This document shows, piece after piece, positions 49,818-62,859 of a DNA stretch of 64,000 nt; the stretch's first letter is position 1, and each line of letters begins with the position of its first letter. The translations under genes were made by a program, and so were the position numbers. Origin of the DNA: Takakia lepidozioides (taxonomy: Eukaryota > Plantae > Bryophyta); NCBI GenBank assembly GCA_030704615.1, contig CM060731.1, positions 70,928,001 through 70,992,000 on the forward strand, written 5' to 3'. The notes under the pieces are model-generated. The model had not been told where the DNA came from. It saw nothing but the letters and a program-made list of their open reading frames with translations, and searched no databases.

Positions 49818-52800
49818 TTAATTACCCTGGAATGTCTTCCTCATTAAAGGTAACTGCTCTTCCAAAGAGACTGGTTCGGCCGTATCTGGTAGATTTTGTG
49901 GTTCCCTCAGACCCTCGTGGTCGGCATTCTCCCCTAGGTCCAGATCATGGACGTCGGCCACGACTCGTTTGGCCCGGGGTCCTTGTGAAGAACCACCTTC
50001 CATCCCGGCGCATGGGTGTCATCTGAAAGAAAACTTGCTCAACTTGCGATGGGAAGATGAATGGCTCTTCATCTTTGTGGTAGCATTTTTCTGAAATCAG
50101 CAAGGAGGAACCCGTACTCATCCCGTTTCATGGTGGCATTCTCTCCTAACCATATTGGCTTTTACCCAGAACAACGGAATAGAATTGGCTTCACAAGACC
50201 ATAGTCTAGTTTAAGGATCTCTTTGATCACTCCTACATATTGCACATGGCATGAATGAAATTGGATTCTGATCTCGTGCACAGCTCCTACTCTCTTGTTC
50301 AAAAAATGATGCCACTCCGCTGTCGTAAGTCACCAGGAGGCTGGTGTTGGCATCGTCCACTCTATAGTGATTGCCATATGCTTTCATTGACCGGTACGAA
50401 GTGGCAATCAGCCCTGGGGGGAATGACAGACTCACCATGCCCTCATCTGGGTCCTCGTTCTCTGATGCGTACACTGCAATTGCAGATCTGACCCACACTG
50501 TAAAGGGCTGCAGCTCCTCCATTGTTGTGTGGGTACTCCACGGGGATCCGTGCCTACGACCGCCCCTCCGCCATGCTTTGCAAATGCACTCCGTTCCGTT
50601 TTCAGGCGGACCTTCTCCGCTGCGTACTTTCTGGCAGAAACAAATAGAAGCTGCAACTCAGTCCCCCTGACCAACACCGTGTTGTACATGCATGCCACAT
50701 GCAGAGTGTGTGTCCTTTCAAGCACACTGTAGTGATGCAGCCTACTTCATAATCACTTGCAAGCAACAACCAAGATCTACGAAACACCCTCTGTAGTCGT
50801 CTGAAGCACCCTGTTAGTACACGATCCCACTCCCATAGTGGCCGGAATGACTTGTGACAATATATATGTAATTCCAGCATACAAAGACCATTAAGAATAG
50901 CACATGAGGGATGTAAGTTGGCACCACTGTCTCCATGGTGTCATGGTTGTTGTGTTTGTTCAGCACATAATCATGTGCCACATCCCGAAGGCGCGGGGGC
51001 TCATGGCACGCTTTGTTCCACCACCTTCTAGGACCTCGCCTACAACTCCTTCTTCCTTGTTCTTGTCCCAACACCGTCGTTGTATTGCATCAAATGAAGA
51101 CATATACTCTGTCATGAAGCCCAGGGCTTCGTCGCGGATATAGCCCTCCGCCATACTCCCCTCTGGCCGTGCCATGTTGCGTACATACCCCTTCAGATCC
51201 TTCATGTACCTCTCCATGGGGTACATCCACCGGCTGGCTATGGGCCCACACACATGCAACTCCTCTACAAGATGCACTAGCAAGTGCGTCATGACGTCAA
51301 AGAATGATGGAGGGAATTCTTTTCCAGCAAACATAGGGTCATAGCCACATCCTCATGCAACGATGTAATGTCCCTCGGATCCCACACCTTCGCACAAATC
51401 TTCCTAAAACACTCGACTTACACGCATTATGGCTGTTCGAGGACCTGGCGCCATCGTACCCGAATGCACACTGGCAAAATCTGTTGCATCATCACGTGTA
51501 GATCATGTGACTTCATCCCCGACCATTTTTGTTTATGGCATGCTTTTGGAAAGCACCCGAGAATCCGGTTGGCACTTTCATGGCTCCCAATGTCTTCAAA
51601 AAATCCTCTTGCTCTGATTTGGTCAGGACGTATGATGCTGCTGGCGCATGAGCACTTTGTCTGGTCTATTTGGATCAGGCCTTAGCCACAGATGTGACCG
51701 TATCCCTTCAATCTCCATGTCCTTTCGTACGTTTATCGTATCCTTCTCCCAAAGATAGTCTTCAGAATGTTCTTGCAGAAGTCTTTTCACAATGCATGGG
51801 GTCCAGGAGGTACCGCTGCAAGAGGTTCTGAAATGCCAAATGTCCTCCCATGAGACCAAGTTCTATGGGCAAAAAAGTAGTAGAATATGTGGCAGAAGTT
51901 GTCCATGTTACTACATTCTGCTTTCAACAACTCCAACGATCCTCTCCACAGTGAGGTGTACGACTTCAACATCTACTGGCATAGTAGTTATATTGACTTA
52001 GGAGTTGGTGGAAGGACTCCTGACAGTAAAGGTAATTCCAAGAAGCACAATGTGAAAGAAAGTGAGTGAATGGGGGGGGGGGGATTCATGCACCTTCCAG
52101 TATGGCAAAATCCCAAAGGATTGTCCGGCGCTTCACCCGTGCTCCATGGCTGGATCCGCACTACTTCCGTCTATCTCCCTCCAATCTCCATGAACGCCTC
52201 TTTCTCCTTTGCAAATTGCAATGTCTCCTCGGTCTCCTCACATTGGTGCCATTCTCTTTCAAACATTCCATTGAAGTGCCTTCCTGCTCGTCGGTAGGGG
52301 TGGTTTCTTGCAAGGTAACGTCGATGCCCCATGTATATTGTCTTCCCTAGTGGCTTTGAGTGCCGTGAATCCACATAGGCCCACAAATGGGGCACCCTTT
52401 GTAGCCCTTCGTCTTGCAACCCGCAACAAGGCCATATATGCGGGGAAAATCGTGGTTGACCACATGAGTATTGGCACGGAGGGTGTGAAACTCTGTTGCC
52501 CTACTGGTTTCAAAATGTCGTAAGCTTCAAACTCCAATCCATAGTTCCTGTAGCTCTTCAATCAAATGGTTGCAAATACACATCTATGTTTGCATTTGTC
52601 ACGGACTCCTTGCCTGGAATCAAGAGAGACAACATGACAAAGAATTTCTTTGTTTGTCAACCATGGTGGCAGGTTGTATGCCACCAACTGCAACGGGCCA
52701 TGTGGACCATGTGCAACTCTTTGAATCCGTATGGGTTTACTCCATCCGTAGATACAGCCAATCGCACATTGCGTGGGTCCTCGGCAAAATCGGGCCAAGT

Positions 52801-53930
52801 TGCATCTATATGCTTCCATGCAAAGAATCTGGGACATGCCTTACCAAACCATCGTTTGAGGCATTCCTGGAATGCCAAGTCATGAGCTCACTAATGGTCT
52901 TGCATTTGTACATTCGTAATAGACGGGGTGATAAGGGGAAAGTGCCTCAACACCTTGGCTGGCTGTTGTAACCTGCCCACATCATGGTATCGGGCTGCAC
53001 CGCATTTGGGGCACTCCATAGCATCCTTGTACTCTCTTCTGAAAAGTACATGTCCTTTTGGACATGCATGTATTTTCACGTAGTTGAGGCCGAGCTTCCC
53101 AATCATTTGGTTGGCCATGTGACAGCTTTTTGGCATTTCATTTGGTTGTGGAAGCAAGTTCAGCCGAAGCAAAGAGACAACTCGTCCACAAAATGGTCTG
53201 AGACACCGTGGGTTGTGCACAGGTTCATCAACAGCATGGTGGCAGCAAGCTTTGTGGATTTGCATCCCTCGTACAGTGGCACACATGCTTCTTCTAGTGT
53301 CATGTGTGCAGAATTCAATTCTCCATCTCCACCTCCTTCCCGCCTTCCCCCACAATTGAAATGCCTTCATTTCTGCGTCATCCACCATCCCTCATTGGTT
53401 CTCAGCGGCATCGTTTGTGGAAGCCCCCTCTTTAGCACGCCATGATGTGGCAAATGCATTCTGCAACCTTTCGAGTGAATCTCCATCCCCTCCGTCCCCA
53501 TTGCCTGCGTCTCTTCCTGCGCCCATGACATAGTCCTGCGGCGCCTTCTCCATGTATGTCTCCCTCGGGGTTTGCATTGTTCAATTGTGCCCACTCCTCA
53601 TCGTCCTTCGTCTGCAGGTCCATCTCCAATCCCACACCGAATGCCTCAGTGTCTTTGTGGTGAAGAGAGTGTGCACACACGTCCTCAGATCTACTTGTTG
53701 CCCAAACAACGTTCACATGGCAGGCATCCTGAAAGCCCAAGGGCTCGGGCACGTGCCACTTCTCTTTCCCACAACCTGTCCCTCGGTTTTCTGTCTACAG
53801 GGGTGATTAATTGGAAGTCCTCCGCATGGGCGAGGGGAACTCATTTTTGTTGGGGAGCCTCTTCAATGCTGTTTGTGCACGCCGTTGCAGGGGCCGGATT
53901 CTCCTTTGCAGAGATTCCTTCAATTTGGCT
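49818..53930 (-). pseudogene. CACTA TnpD-like DDE transposase (Transposase_21, DUF4218 and DUF4216-like regions), frameshifted
   Basis: KIHACPKGHVLFR..CPKCGAARY..KVLRHFP; WKHIDATWPDFAEDPRNVRLAVSTDGVNPYG; YNLPPWL; FPPSFFDVMTHLLVHLVEE..GP..RWMYPMERYMKDLKGYVRNMARPEGSMAEGY. Confidence 0.92.
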
Positions 53931-55684
53931 CTGACCACTCCCATTTCACTACCGTAATTCCCTCCTCCTGCAATCTCAATTTGAAAGGTTCACCGCCACC
54001 TTTGGCAAGAAGACAGTTTGACATTTTATACCAACCGTTATTCCTCACAATGATGAAAAGTTACACCAACAGCAAACCATTTAAAAGCCATCACGATGCT
54101 TCCCCTCATAATAGGCTCTTTCAACAAAACCTGAGAGAAATGACCAAGTTCGACTCAAACAACGACATCCTGGAAAACAACCTTCTCTACAGTTCGTGTG
54201 TGTGTGAGGAATCGGAGGACGTACGTGGAATTTCAATTTTCACGATTGACTACGTGGATCGTGGGCATATGGTAAATGTGTATGAAATCTGTGCATGAAG
54301 TTGTGAACAGACCTGACTACAAGGCCAGAACCTGCGCCTCCTGGTTTTCGCCCCCCTTATCCATCTCCAATCCACGTTTCGGCGGACAATCCCTTTCCGT
54401 TGTCCGTGAAATTGCACCGTGGCGGGAGGGAGTCCATTTGTGGCGGCTCTATCACCATGGCGGGAAGGGGGAGCATGTAAAACGAGCATCACCCGGCCAC
54501 TCTGCTCACTTCATTTGCTGTTTGCAGCTTCTGCCACCATCTTTCTTACTTAATTCTGATTCTTGCAATGCTGCCCTTGAGACAACTGCAAGTGACCGGA
54601 TCCTTTGATCTCGCATTCAAAGACACTACGTGTACAGATTGCAGACCCCAAATGCCTGGAGAGAAATGCCAAAGGGCATTCAATGCATGCACGGTTTTTT
54701 TGCGCTTTTGGGAAACGGAGTTGAGTGCATAGGAGGCGTGTTTTGCCCGAGTTTGCTGCCGAGCCTATCCTGCATGCCTGCAGCCAGCGGCTTTTGCACG
54801 TTAGGCAGCAGTCCCCTCTGCTGTATGATTACCATTTGTGGTACAGACTCACCGGCCTCCCCTGTCCACTTGGGTCTTGGATGCGACTTATGGAGTATGT
54901 AGACAGAGTTGCTGTCGCGTAGGTACACCAAAATCTCCCATGTAACATAAACCCATTTCTCATTATGCTTGCATGTGAATCCACGGGGTAATTTCCATGT
55001 TATCCCAGCTGATGTGGGTTCGCAAATTCTCGGTGTATAGGTGTGGTGTGAGGGGACCTCAACCTGGCATTGTGCGATGGGTGTCGAATGGACCCTTCTC
55101 TGCGATGGGAGAACCACTACGTTGAGTTTTGTTTTTGCTGAATCATTTGGCAGAGCACTGTGTTCACTTCTCACACATCATGCACATTTTCTCCAAGAAT
55201 GCATGTAAAGCGGAGCCATACAACGACATCATTGCAGTGTGTTTCCTTCACCTAATTTTGAACGAAAAAAGTTAACGGATCCATGTCAGTTGTGTGAATC
55301 ACTACAATCTAGTTGTCTGGAGGATTGTAAGTGGTTTGGGTTTAACGTCTCAAAGTCGAAAAGGCCATAGTGTCGGATGCACGACACGTGTTCATATTTG
55401 AAATCAACAATGGCCGGATCTTTCACTACAGATCGGGGGGTGTGTGATCACACTCCCCTCCTTGTCCTTCTTTCCTCCTTTGCATGTCTTGGTCTTCCTC
55501 GCCTCGTCTTTGTCTTGGTCATGGTCTATGTCCTCGCTCGTCTTCATCTTTGTCATGGTCTATGTCCACGCCTAGTAAGAAGCGCTCGACCGCCGAGGCA
55601 AGCATCACCTCCTCCCACTTCTGCACATTCCTCCGCCCCGCGGTGCGAAGGAGCCCCCGCCTGGCTCGACTGAATCCGGTACAG

Positions 55685-58600
55685 ATGGCGTCGTTGCGAG
55701 AGGGAAGGCAGAGCGGTGGGCGATCTTCGAGTTCGGATTTTGACACAAGCGAGTATAGCATGGGCGACGACGATGAGGTGGAGGACAGTTCGGAGGAAAT
55801 TGCACCTCCATCTGCAGAGTCTCTCCAAAGATGCGCAAACGGCACAAAACCACCGCGCTCATGAGGTGAGTTCTCCTACCCTACTTGTGTTCTGGGCGTT
55901 GAGTTCTCCTGAAACTGAAACTGGGATGCACATATCCACAAAGTTGTTCCAAACGGATGTTCGTAGTATACAGGGCAGTAGAAGAAGAAGTGTTCTTCAG
56001 TTTCAATTTCCCTTGCTGCGCCCTATGCAGCTGGACATAGGCGGTCCTCCCGTTCAGGTTTTCCAATCTGCCAGTCTCTATCCGTAGGTTGTGGAACCCA
56101 CCCTGAACCGCCCCAATGCCCTCAAGAGGGAAGGAGGTAAGGGTGCTGAAAGGTAATTTGGTCTGAAGATTCTATCATCGCGGAGCACCAAGAATGTCTC
56201 TCGATAGAAGTGGAGCTTGTTGTGAGATTGGGTAGCATCCAAGTTCTCTTGACATGTAATTTCCATAAGCTCTCTCCGAATTAGTCTGTTGCGGTCATGT
56301 AATGGATGTGATGTCCACCTCATGTGGGTTCATTGTAATAGGAAAAGCAGTAGAAAGTCCGTTACGTTTCAATAAACTGTCCACTCGAGCATACCAGGAG
56401 TTCCCGAAACCTGCAACTTTGAGCCTCATAGATGTTGTGAGGGCCCTTGCAATAGCCCTTTGGGTGGAAGGGCCTGCAATCTATGGAGAAAGATTGTAAG
56501 CCTGAATTGTGCCTCGGATTGCAATGGTACACATGCGAACTCTGCACTAGGATCTGAGATGGAGTTGTGCTCCTGGCGCCAAGCATTGCTTGGAGAAAAG
56601 ATGACTGTAATGGTTCCAAATTCTTTTCCCACCAGAGACAGGGACACCAGGTGCCCAAAACTCACAACCATTGATGGTAGCAGGGCTGACGACGGTGTCA
56701 AACAACCACTTTTTGGTCGGGGGATGCCGCAGATGTATTTGCTTGCATTTGGCGTGAAGGCGGACGGAGGCCGCCTTACCTTTAGTCAATCTGTCCAAGG
56801 CAGTGGCTGCAAAGTGAAACTTGGGGGAGTGGGAACCAGACCTAGGTACCGGTATGATTTGACAATCTCAATTTCCTGCTGGTTGAAGATGAATCTACGA
56901 TCAGCCTGGCCATTGAAGACCATGATCTTGGTCTTGCTAAGATTGACTTGCATCCCATAGTCTTTGCAGAACTGTTCCAAAATTTTGAATGGCGTTGCAG
57001 AAAGACCGGGGATTGTGCCAAAAGGGCAACATCATCAGCGTAGAGGAGATATGATTGGGCAGAAAATGAAGTTAGGCAGAAAACATCCCTGAACATGGTT
57101 TCAATTTGTGTCATGGGGGAGGACATCGTGGAAAAACCTTCAGGTCTACCACTGTGTGCAGAGGGACTAGTTTTTAGGTCAAGGAAATGTTGCTTTGTCA
57201 CGTCATTGCACCTCTGTTGGAGTACGCATTTGCTATATGCGTTGATAACTCTAACGAGGCTAGGTCTGCAATATCCTTTCAATTGAATTGTGTCTGCACC
57301 TGTGTTTACCAACATTGAGAGTCTTTAGGCCTTTTGGGGCTCCGTTGCTGGGCTCCGCCATACAGCCATTTGCTGATTGTGTGAATAGATGTCCACTGGA
57401 TATGTGCAAAACCCGGATGGATGTTCTGTTTCCTGGTAAGTTTCATGTGGTATTGATGTGAACCCGCCCACATTCTGTTTCTCACTTCACCAATGAATGG
57501 GCTTACATGTTATGAGGACATTTTGTCCCTCTCCTTTTCAGTTTTTGGCACTTTGCGCTGCAGGGGAGTGGGTTTGAGGTCAGCCAATCCATAGTTGTGG
57601 TTGTGGGATGGTTTGTGCTCTGGTGACGTTGTGTTCAGTAGGACTACAACTGATGCACCTTGTGTGTGGGATGTTTTTGGCAGCGGAAGGGGAGTGAAGC
57701 TGCAGCAAAGCACTCACAGCCACCACACAATGCCAACCAACACCAACCTTGGCACCCACCCCCTGCCGGATGGTCTCCACAACAGAGTGCACCATGGGGA
57801 GCCCCCCCTGCTTCGGGGTCGTGGCGCTGGCTTCCTGATGTTGCCACGTCACAATGGGGCCTCCCACATCTCCATACGGCCCTCCCCCCTCCGGCACACA
57901 TCAGTCACCCCCCACAACGTATGACGGCGCTGCTCCAGAGCATGGGGGCAGGAAACGGACATCAGATCTGAGGAAGGAACAACATCATGCCATGAAACAA
58001 TGGGAAGGAGATGGAGAGGGAAGGGTGGCTGCAGGGCTAAAGCGCCACAAGGTGAGGTGCATGGAAATGGAGTCATCAATGCTGGCTGCGAAGGTAAGGA
58101 ACACTGGCAGCGTGATTTGCGTGGCCTGGCATTGCGTTACCTTGACTCAAGCGTACAAGACATTGACCAGCAGTCCCAGAGTGCCATGTCAACAGTAATA
58201 GAGGGCATAAATGGAATGTACGAGTACACACCTATCCTGCCAATCGTGATTTTATAGTGAAGCAATGTGGGAAGATAATGAAAGGAGAAAGAGCAAAACT
58301 GAAAGATAATGGGCGAAGACTGGTGTGAGGCCAATGAACACTGAACCCGCCTATTGGGATAAGCTTGTTGCCTACTGGGAGTCCCCTCGTGGACTTGCAA
58401 AGGCTGAAGGGATGAAGCAAGCGCGTGCTTGTGTCACGAACCCCTCGCGTTGGGGCCGGGCAGGAGTTGCAAGCCAAGCAGCCCGTTTGGTAATCTCCCT
58501 CACCCCCTTCTCATTGCTCTTACGTTGTGGCATGTTCTGATGGAAGAGACACCCACGAGTGGGTTTTATTGCTTGTGCAGAATTAGTTGTTATGTGATAT

Positions 58601-61060
58601 GCAGGGCAGTGCTTTGTCCATATGCTCCTGGCATTTTGTACTGACAGTGTGTGGATGGGCAAATACAGAAAAGACGCAAAGCGCGGAGCCCGTCACTGTC
58701 CGAGCTCGGGGCGGAGTGCAAGAACGCTGCGACTGGCACCCCATCAGAGTCTGTTTTGAGCCAGGTATGTTTTGAAGTCCGGTTTCCATTCATGAATCTG
58801 TTGTTGTACTAAGATTTGGTGGGTATGTGGGGCCCCCACGCATGGTACATGAGGGGTGTTATGCCAAACCTAGCCATCTCCGAATGCCTGAAATCCTGCA
58901 CATTCGGCCTCTTCTTCTGGTTTTTAACAGTACGGATGGGTGTTTGTATGCGTAGGGAGCGGGGAACTCAATGGCAGCCCGCATCGGGGCCCTGGAGAGG
59001 CTTGCGGCTCTCTCTGCGGAGCGGGAGAGGGAATGGAAGCACAACTGAAGAAGATAGTGGAACTCATGATGGGGCAAAAAGGGGGTGTGACGGGTGGCAT
59101 TATGGAAGACCCCCTGTTGCGACCATTGTACCTAACAAGGAGGAAGTAATTGTAGTGGGTAGGGATGTGACAGAGGTCCGGGCTGTTTGTTGATGATATT
59201 CACAGTGGGGGCAGGGTCCACTCGTTGAAGAGGGAGAGGTCCAGCAAGTTGGTGGGGATGACATGGACGATGGGGGGGTCATTGCTCATGATGGGGGAAA
59301 AGGGGAAGCTATAGTGGGAGAGGGTGGTAGTTTGCCTGGTCCAGGCTGCAGGGGGACCAAAACTTTGCCCTCCGGGGTGACTGTTGTCTCCCAACCCACT
59401 GAGGTGAGACCCCGTGACACCCCTTCAAAAGCTCCTTTCATAGAAAAGTCGAAACTAATTGTTCTAGACCTGAACGGGATCTTGTGCCACTCTATTCCTA
59501 ACTTTCAGCCCAACCCGAGGCGTCATTGGCCATGGGTGTTGACCACCAACAAGTATGTTTTCCCAAGGCCCCAGGTCTGCGAGTTTTTAAACCTTCTCTT
59601 CCGGTATTTATACGTTGGGATAAGAGGAGTGTGACCCCTTGACAGAGAAAACCCCACAAAAGGGCTGCCGTACAGAACTTACAGAAGAAACTGTCGAGGG
59701 TGTGGTCGGAATTTTCTGGATTTAACGAATCCAACACCCTCCTAGTGGATGATTCACCACACAAGGGGAGGGGGAACTCCCCTTTGAACATGGTCCATCC
59801 ATTGTCGTTTGATGTCACTGGCAATGTCAGTGAGGGGCCCGATTCAGACTACCTTTTAGAAACAGTCTGGCCCTACTGCCAAGATTTGTTTTGCTCCAAG
59901 GATGTGCGTGTCTTCACAAGCACGCGGAGGCTGACCCCAACTGGCAGCTTGAATGTGGGAGAGGATGGGGTCGTTGGGGGAAGTACTTCTACGCCCATGC
60001 AGGTGAAACTAACCTTACTGTTTGCAACATGACATCGAAGCCAAAGTCCATGTTTGTTTTGTTCCCCCTGGATGCCCTCTCACGCAAGGCTGGCACTATA
60101 TGTTTTGCAGGGACCACATGTACACGGAGTGGCAGTGAGGTCGAATGTGAAGAAGGTGGGTCCTGCACCTACGACCATAGTGCTACGGCAGCAGCATTCC
60201 AGATTCCCCCCCCCTGGCATGAGGAGGCAGCGCCCAAGGTATGGTTGTTCCCAGCCCCTCTCCGCAAACCTACTTGGTTGGTTTCCTTTATGGATACACT
60301 TCCTAAAGCGTTGCAATGTGTATTCATTGCAGGTGAGCAAGAGGAGTGGGCTGTCCCCGGCACCATCATCGCAGGACGTGGTTCCCCAGGCATGCATTCA
60401 TGGCTCCTTGCTTTGCCTGGCTGGTTTTTAGTAGGGTTATTTTTGCCAGGAAGTTGTAGTGCTAGGGTCTGAGCAGGGTGTTTGTTAGCTTGCTCCGTGG
60501 AGGTGTGTTTATACCATTGCAACCACCAGAGTTCATGTTATTCTTATCTGTCTGACTAAACCTCTTTTTGTTGCTGCAGTTGAAGACACGTGGGCAGCTT
60601 TCCTCAGTTGCCACCCTCAGCGACGAGCTTCGCTTCAAGGTACGTTGGTACACCGTGAATTGGCTGCTGATTCAGTATTGTGGCAACCAAGATCGTTTCC
60701 ATGCCCAGCTGCGCTTGACTTTCACCCTGTCATTGCTATATTTGTTGCTGAGTGGACCCTGATGTTGGTGTCTGCAGATATCAGATCCTGTGTTTCTCCT
60801 GAACCCCCATGACAAGCGGTCAAAGACAGCCGCCGCCAAGGCGGAAGTGGTGGGAATAGCCGGGGTTGACAAGTTCCACTGCAAGGACATTCGATCCGGG
60901 TGGTACAAGGTGAAAGTCCACGAGATCATGCTTCCAAGTGTTACATTGCCTTGCCCAAATGTGGACGATGCCCCCCCCAGACCACACTAGCGCACGTGAA
61001 AGGCACGGTGACTCTGTGGCCAGAGAAGAGTATGAGGAAAGGTAAAAGTATCAAGTGACA
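55685..61060 (+). pseudogene. TnpA-like CACTA accessory gene: Transposase_24-like region + FCP1/NIF HAD-like domain + C-terminal Tnp1/En/Spm-like domain; multi-exon and frameshifted
   Basis: YWDKLVAYWESP..KQARACVTNPSRWGRAG (~58350-58470); KLIVLDLNGIL..FPRPQVCEFL..KKLSRVWSEF..NTLLVDDSPHK (59450-59810); FHCKDIRSGWYKVKVHEI..LPCPN..TLWP (60780-61030). Exon structure and 5' end not resolved. Confidence 0.6.
56078..57090 (-). mobile_element. Degenerate non-LTR retrotransposon RT fragment, probably within an intron of the TnpA-like gene
   Basis: YLLYADDVALLA..LQR; FCKDYGMQVNLSKTKIMVF; VKSYRYLG; LFDTVV.P..GCEFW; RALGRFRVGS. Confidence 0.8.
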
Positions 61061-62859
61061 TTTCATGTTTGTAGTCCCTGTTGGGTGTGTAATGATACTC
61101 ATAGAAGTGTGTATGATACTCACGTTACCAGTTTTGAACATTTGGGCCATGACAATTTAAGTGATGTCCGGAAACCATGTATGTTGGCATTTAGTCTTGC
61201 TCATATGCAGGTGTGTCGTGACGGTCTCTAATTTGAATGTAATATCACATTTCCTGACTTGTCGTCGTGTCCGTCCACCTTCTATGTGTATGTGTGATGG
61301 TCTTTGGTCTCCCTGTTGCCTCGTCTATTTGGTTCATTAGCGTGATGTTGTGCTTGCATCGTGGTCTGTGTTCTCAGTCTCGCCTAGTATCATTGCTTCT
61401 CAATTCCCCCGGCATATGGGTGAACCACTAAAACCAGTAGAATGCATCAGAACCATATTTTCAGCTTAGAATGCAGGTCAGTTGGAAACTCACACAAACC
61501 ACTACGAGTGCTCATTTTTCGTGCTTTCCTACTGTAGTGCAACCAACTAGCACAGTGGCAGCGGTGTTGGCCAAAGCAGTCCCGAGATGGCACAAGCACT
61601 CTGCGTCTTTCCACTAGCAGTCGTACCCGTCATTGCCATTGTGTGGGGACGACGCCACGCGTCGACCCACACACTCTCCACGTGGTCCCCATGGATTCGT
61701 CTGCCAGAAGTTGTGCAGTTGACTTCGCCAGTGGCTGTTGCGACGTCACATGCAGCACTCCAAGTGATGTGGCCGACTGCGATGTGGCGTCTTGGGCCCG
61801 TGGCCACGCGGCAGCATTGCCGCTCGTCGCGGCGCCGCCACATCGGCATCCACGTGCGCATCCACATCCGCGTCCATGTGTCACCGCGCCCCGGGTGAGT
61901 CAGTCCACTCATCCGGAGGAAAAAGTCAAAGTCAGCCCAAAAGGTCAGACACATGGGCGGCCCGCCTGGTTACGCCACGTGGTTCTTCAGCATTAATCGC
62001 ATTAATCGCATTAATCGCTGAGCAGTTGTTCGCGCGTCTGCGTCCTTTACCACTCCAATCATTGGATGTCCAACCCAACTACCACGTCTGTTGTAAACTA
62101 GTCTGTTGTAACTTCCAGTCGATCCCAGTTTTTTGACTTTTACGACTCAAAATGAGTCGTTACCCCAGTGGTAAATGACACGAATGCTTCTAGTGTGAAG
62201 CCGATCTCAACGGGAGCCAATCTGATCCCATGCAATGGCTTCGAGTCGAGGGCGACCCAGTACCAGTTTTCGCACCAATTATTCCACCAGCACCACTGGC
62301 AGCACCGTTACTGCAGCAAGACGTTGTACTCAGCTTCCCCAATAGTGGCTGTGGGGATCCCGTAGACATGGACACCAATGATCCAGAAGACGATCAGTTC
62401 ATAGATCAGCGTCTGGATGACGAGATGCGGGATGTTGAAGCTCTAGCAGCAGCTTCGAGTGGACATGACCTGTGGGAGAACATGGGGGCCCAAGACAAAC
62501 TCATGGCAGAGGTCCAACAAGTTAACGCGGATCAGCAGGAACCAGCCCTTGGAGCCAGACAACGGAATCCACCTGCACGTTTTGGGGATTGGATTTATCA
62601 TGTTAACAGGAACTCCTATGCATGTGTTGCCAGCATGGACGACATGCCAGAAGAGCCAGAGACATTCGAGGAAGCGAGTGCAGCTACGGCGTGAGCCTAG
62701 CCGCGTGAGCCCAGGAGCTCGACTCACGCTTTGCCCTCTAAGCGTGAGCCCAGGGGTTTAGTGGAGGAAGAAGCAGGCCCCATACCCGAGTCCTCTGTTT
62801 AGAGAGGGTCCTATTGTCATGGAAGCAATTATAGCGCTTAAAAAAAGAGGTATAGAAAG

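Larger units (their letters stand above)
47362..62195. mobile_element. Second CACTA element (ends CACTA...TAGTG, no TSD, ~290-bp flanking Copia deletion)
   Basis: CACTA at 47362 and TAGTG at 62191-62195 mark the Copia breakpoints; internal TnpD-like and TnpA-like genes. The TIRs match poorly beyond 5 bp, so the left end is uncertain. Confidence 0.7.
44813..62690 (+). mobile_element. Ty1/Copia copy 2 (defective, 3'-truncated), interrupted by a ~14.8-kb insertion at 47362-62195
   Basis: gag from 45421 with intact CWKCGHPGHRGREC knuckle; integrase to 47361; sequence resumes at 62196 (matching copy 1 from ~27690) up to EPETFEEA. Confidence 0.92.

Noticed and set aside
54680-55174. 164-aa minus-strand ORF between the divergent CACTA genes
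   Set aside because: No recognisable domain or splice support; it could be an accessory exon but cannot be called.
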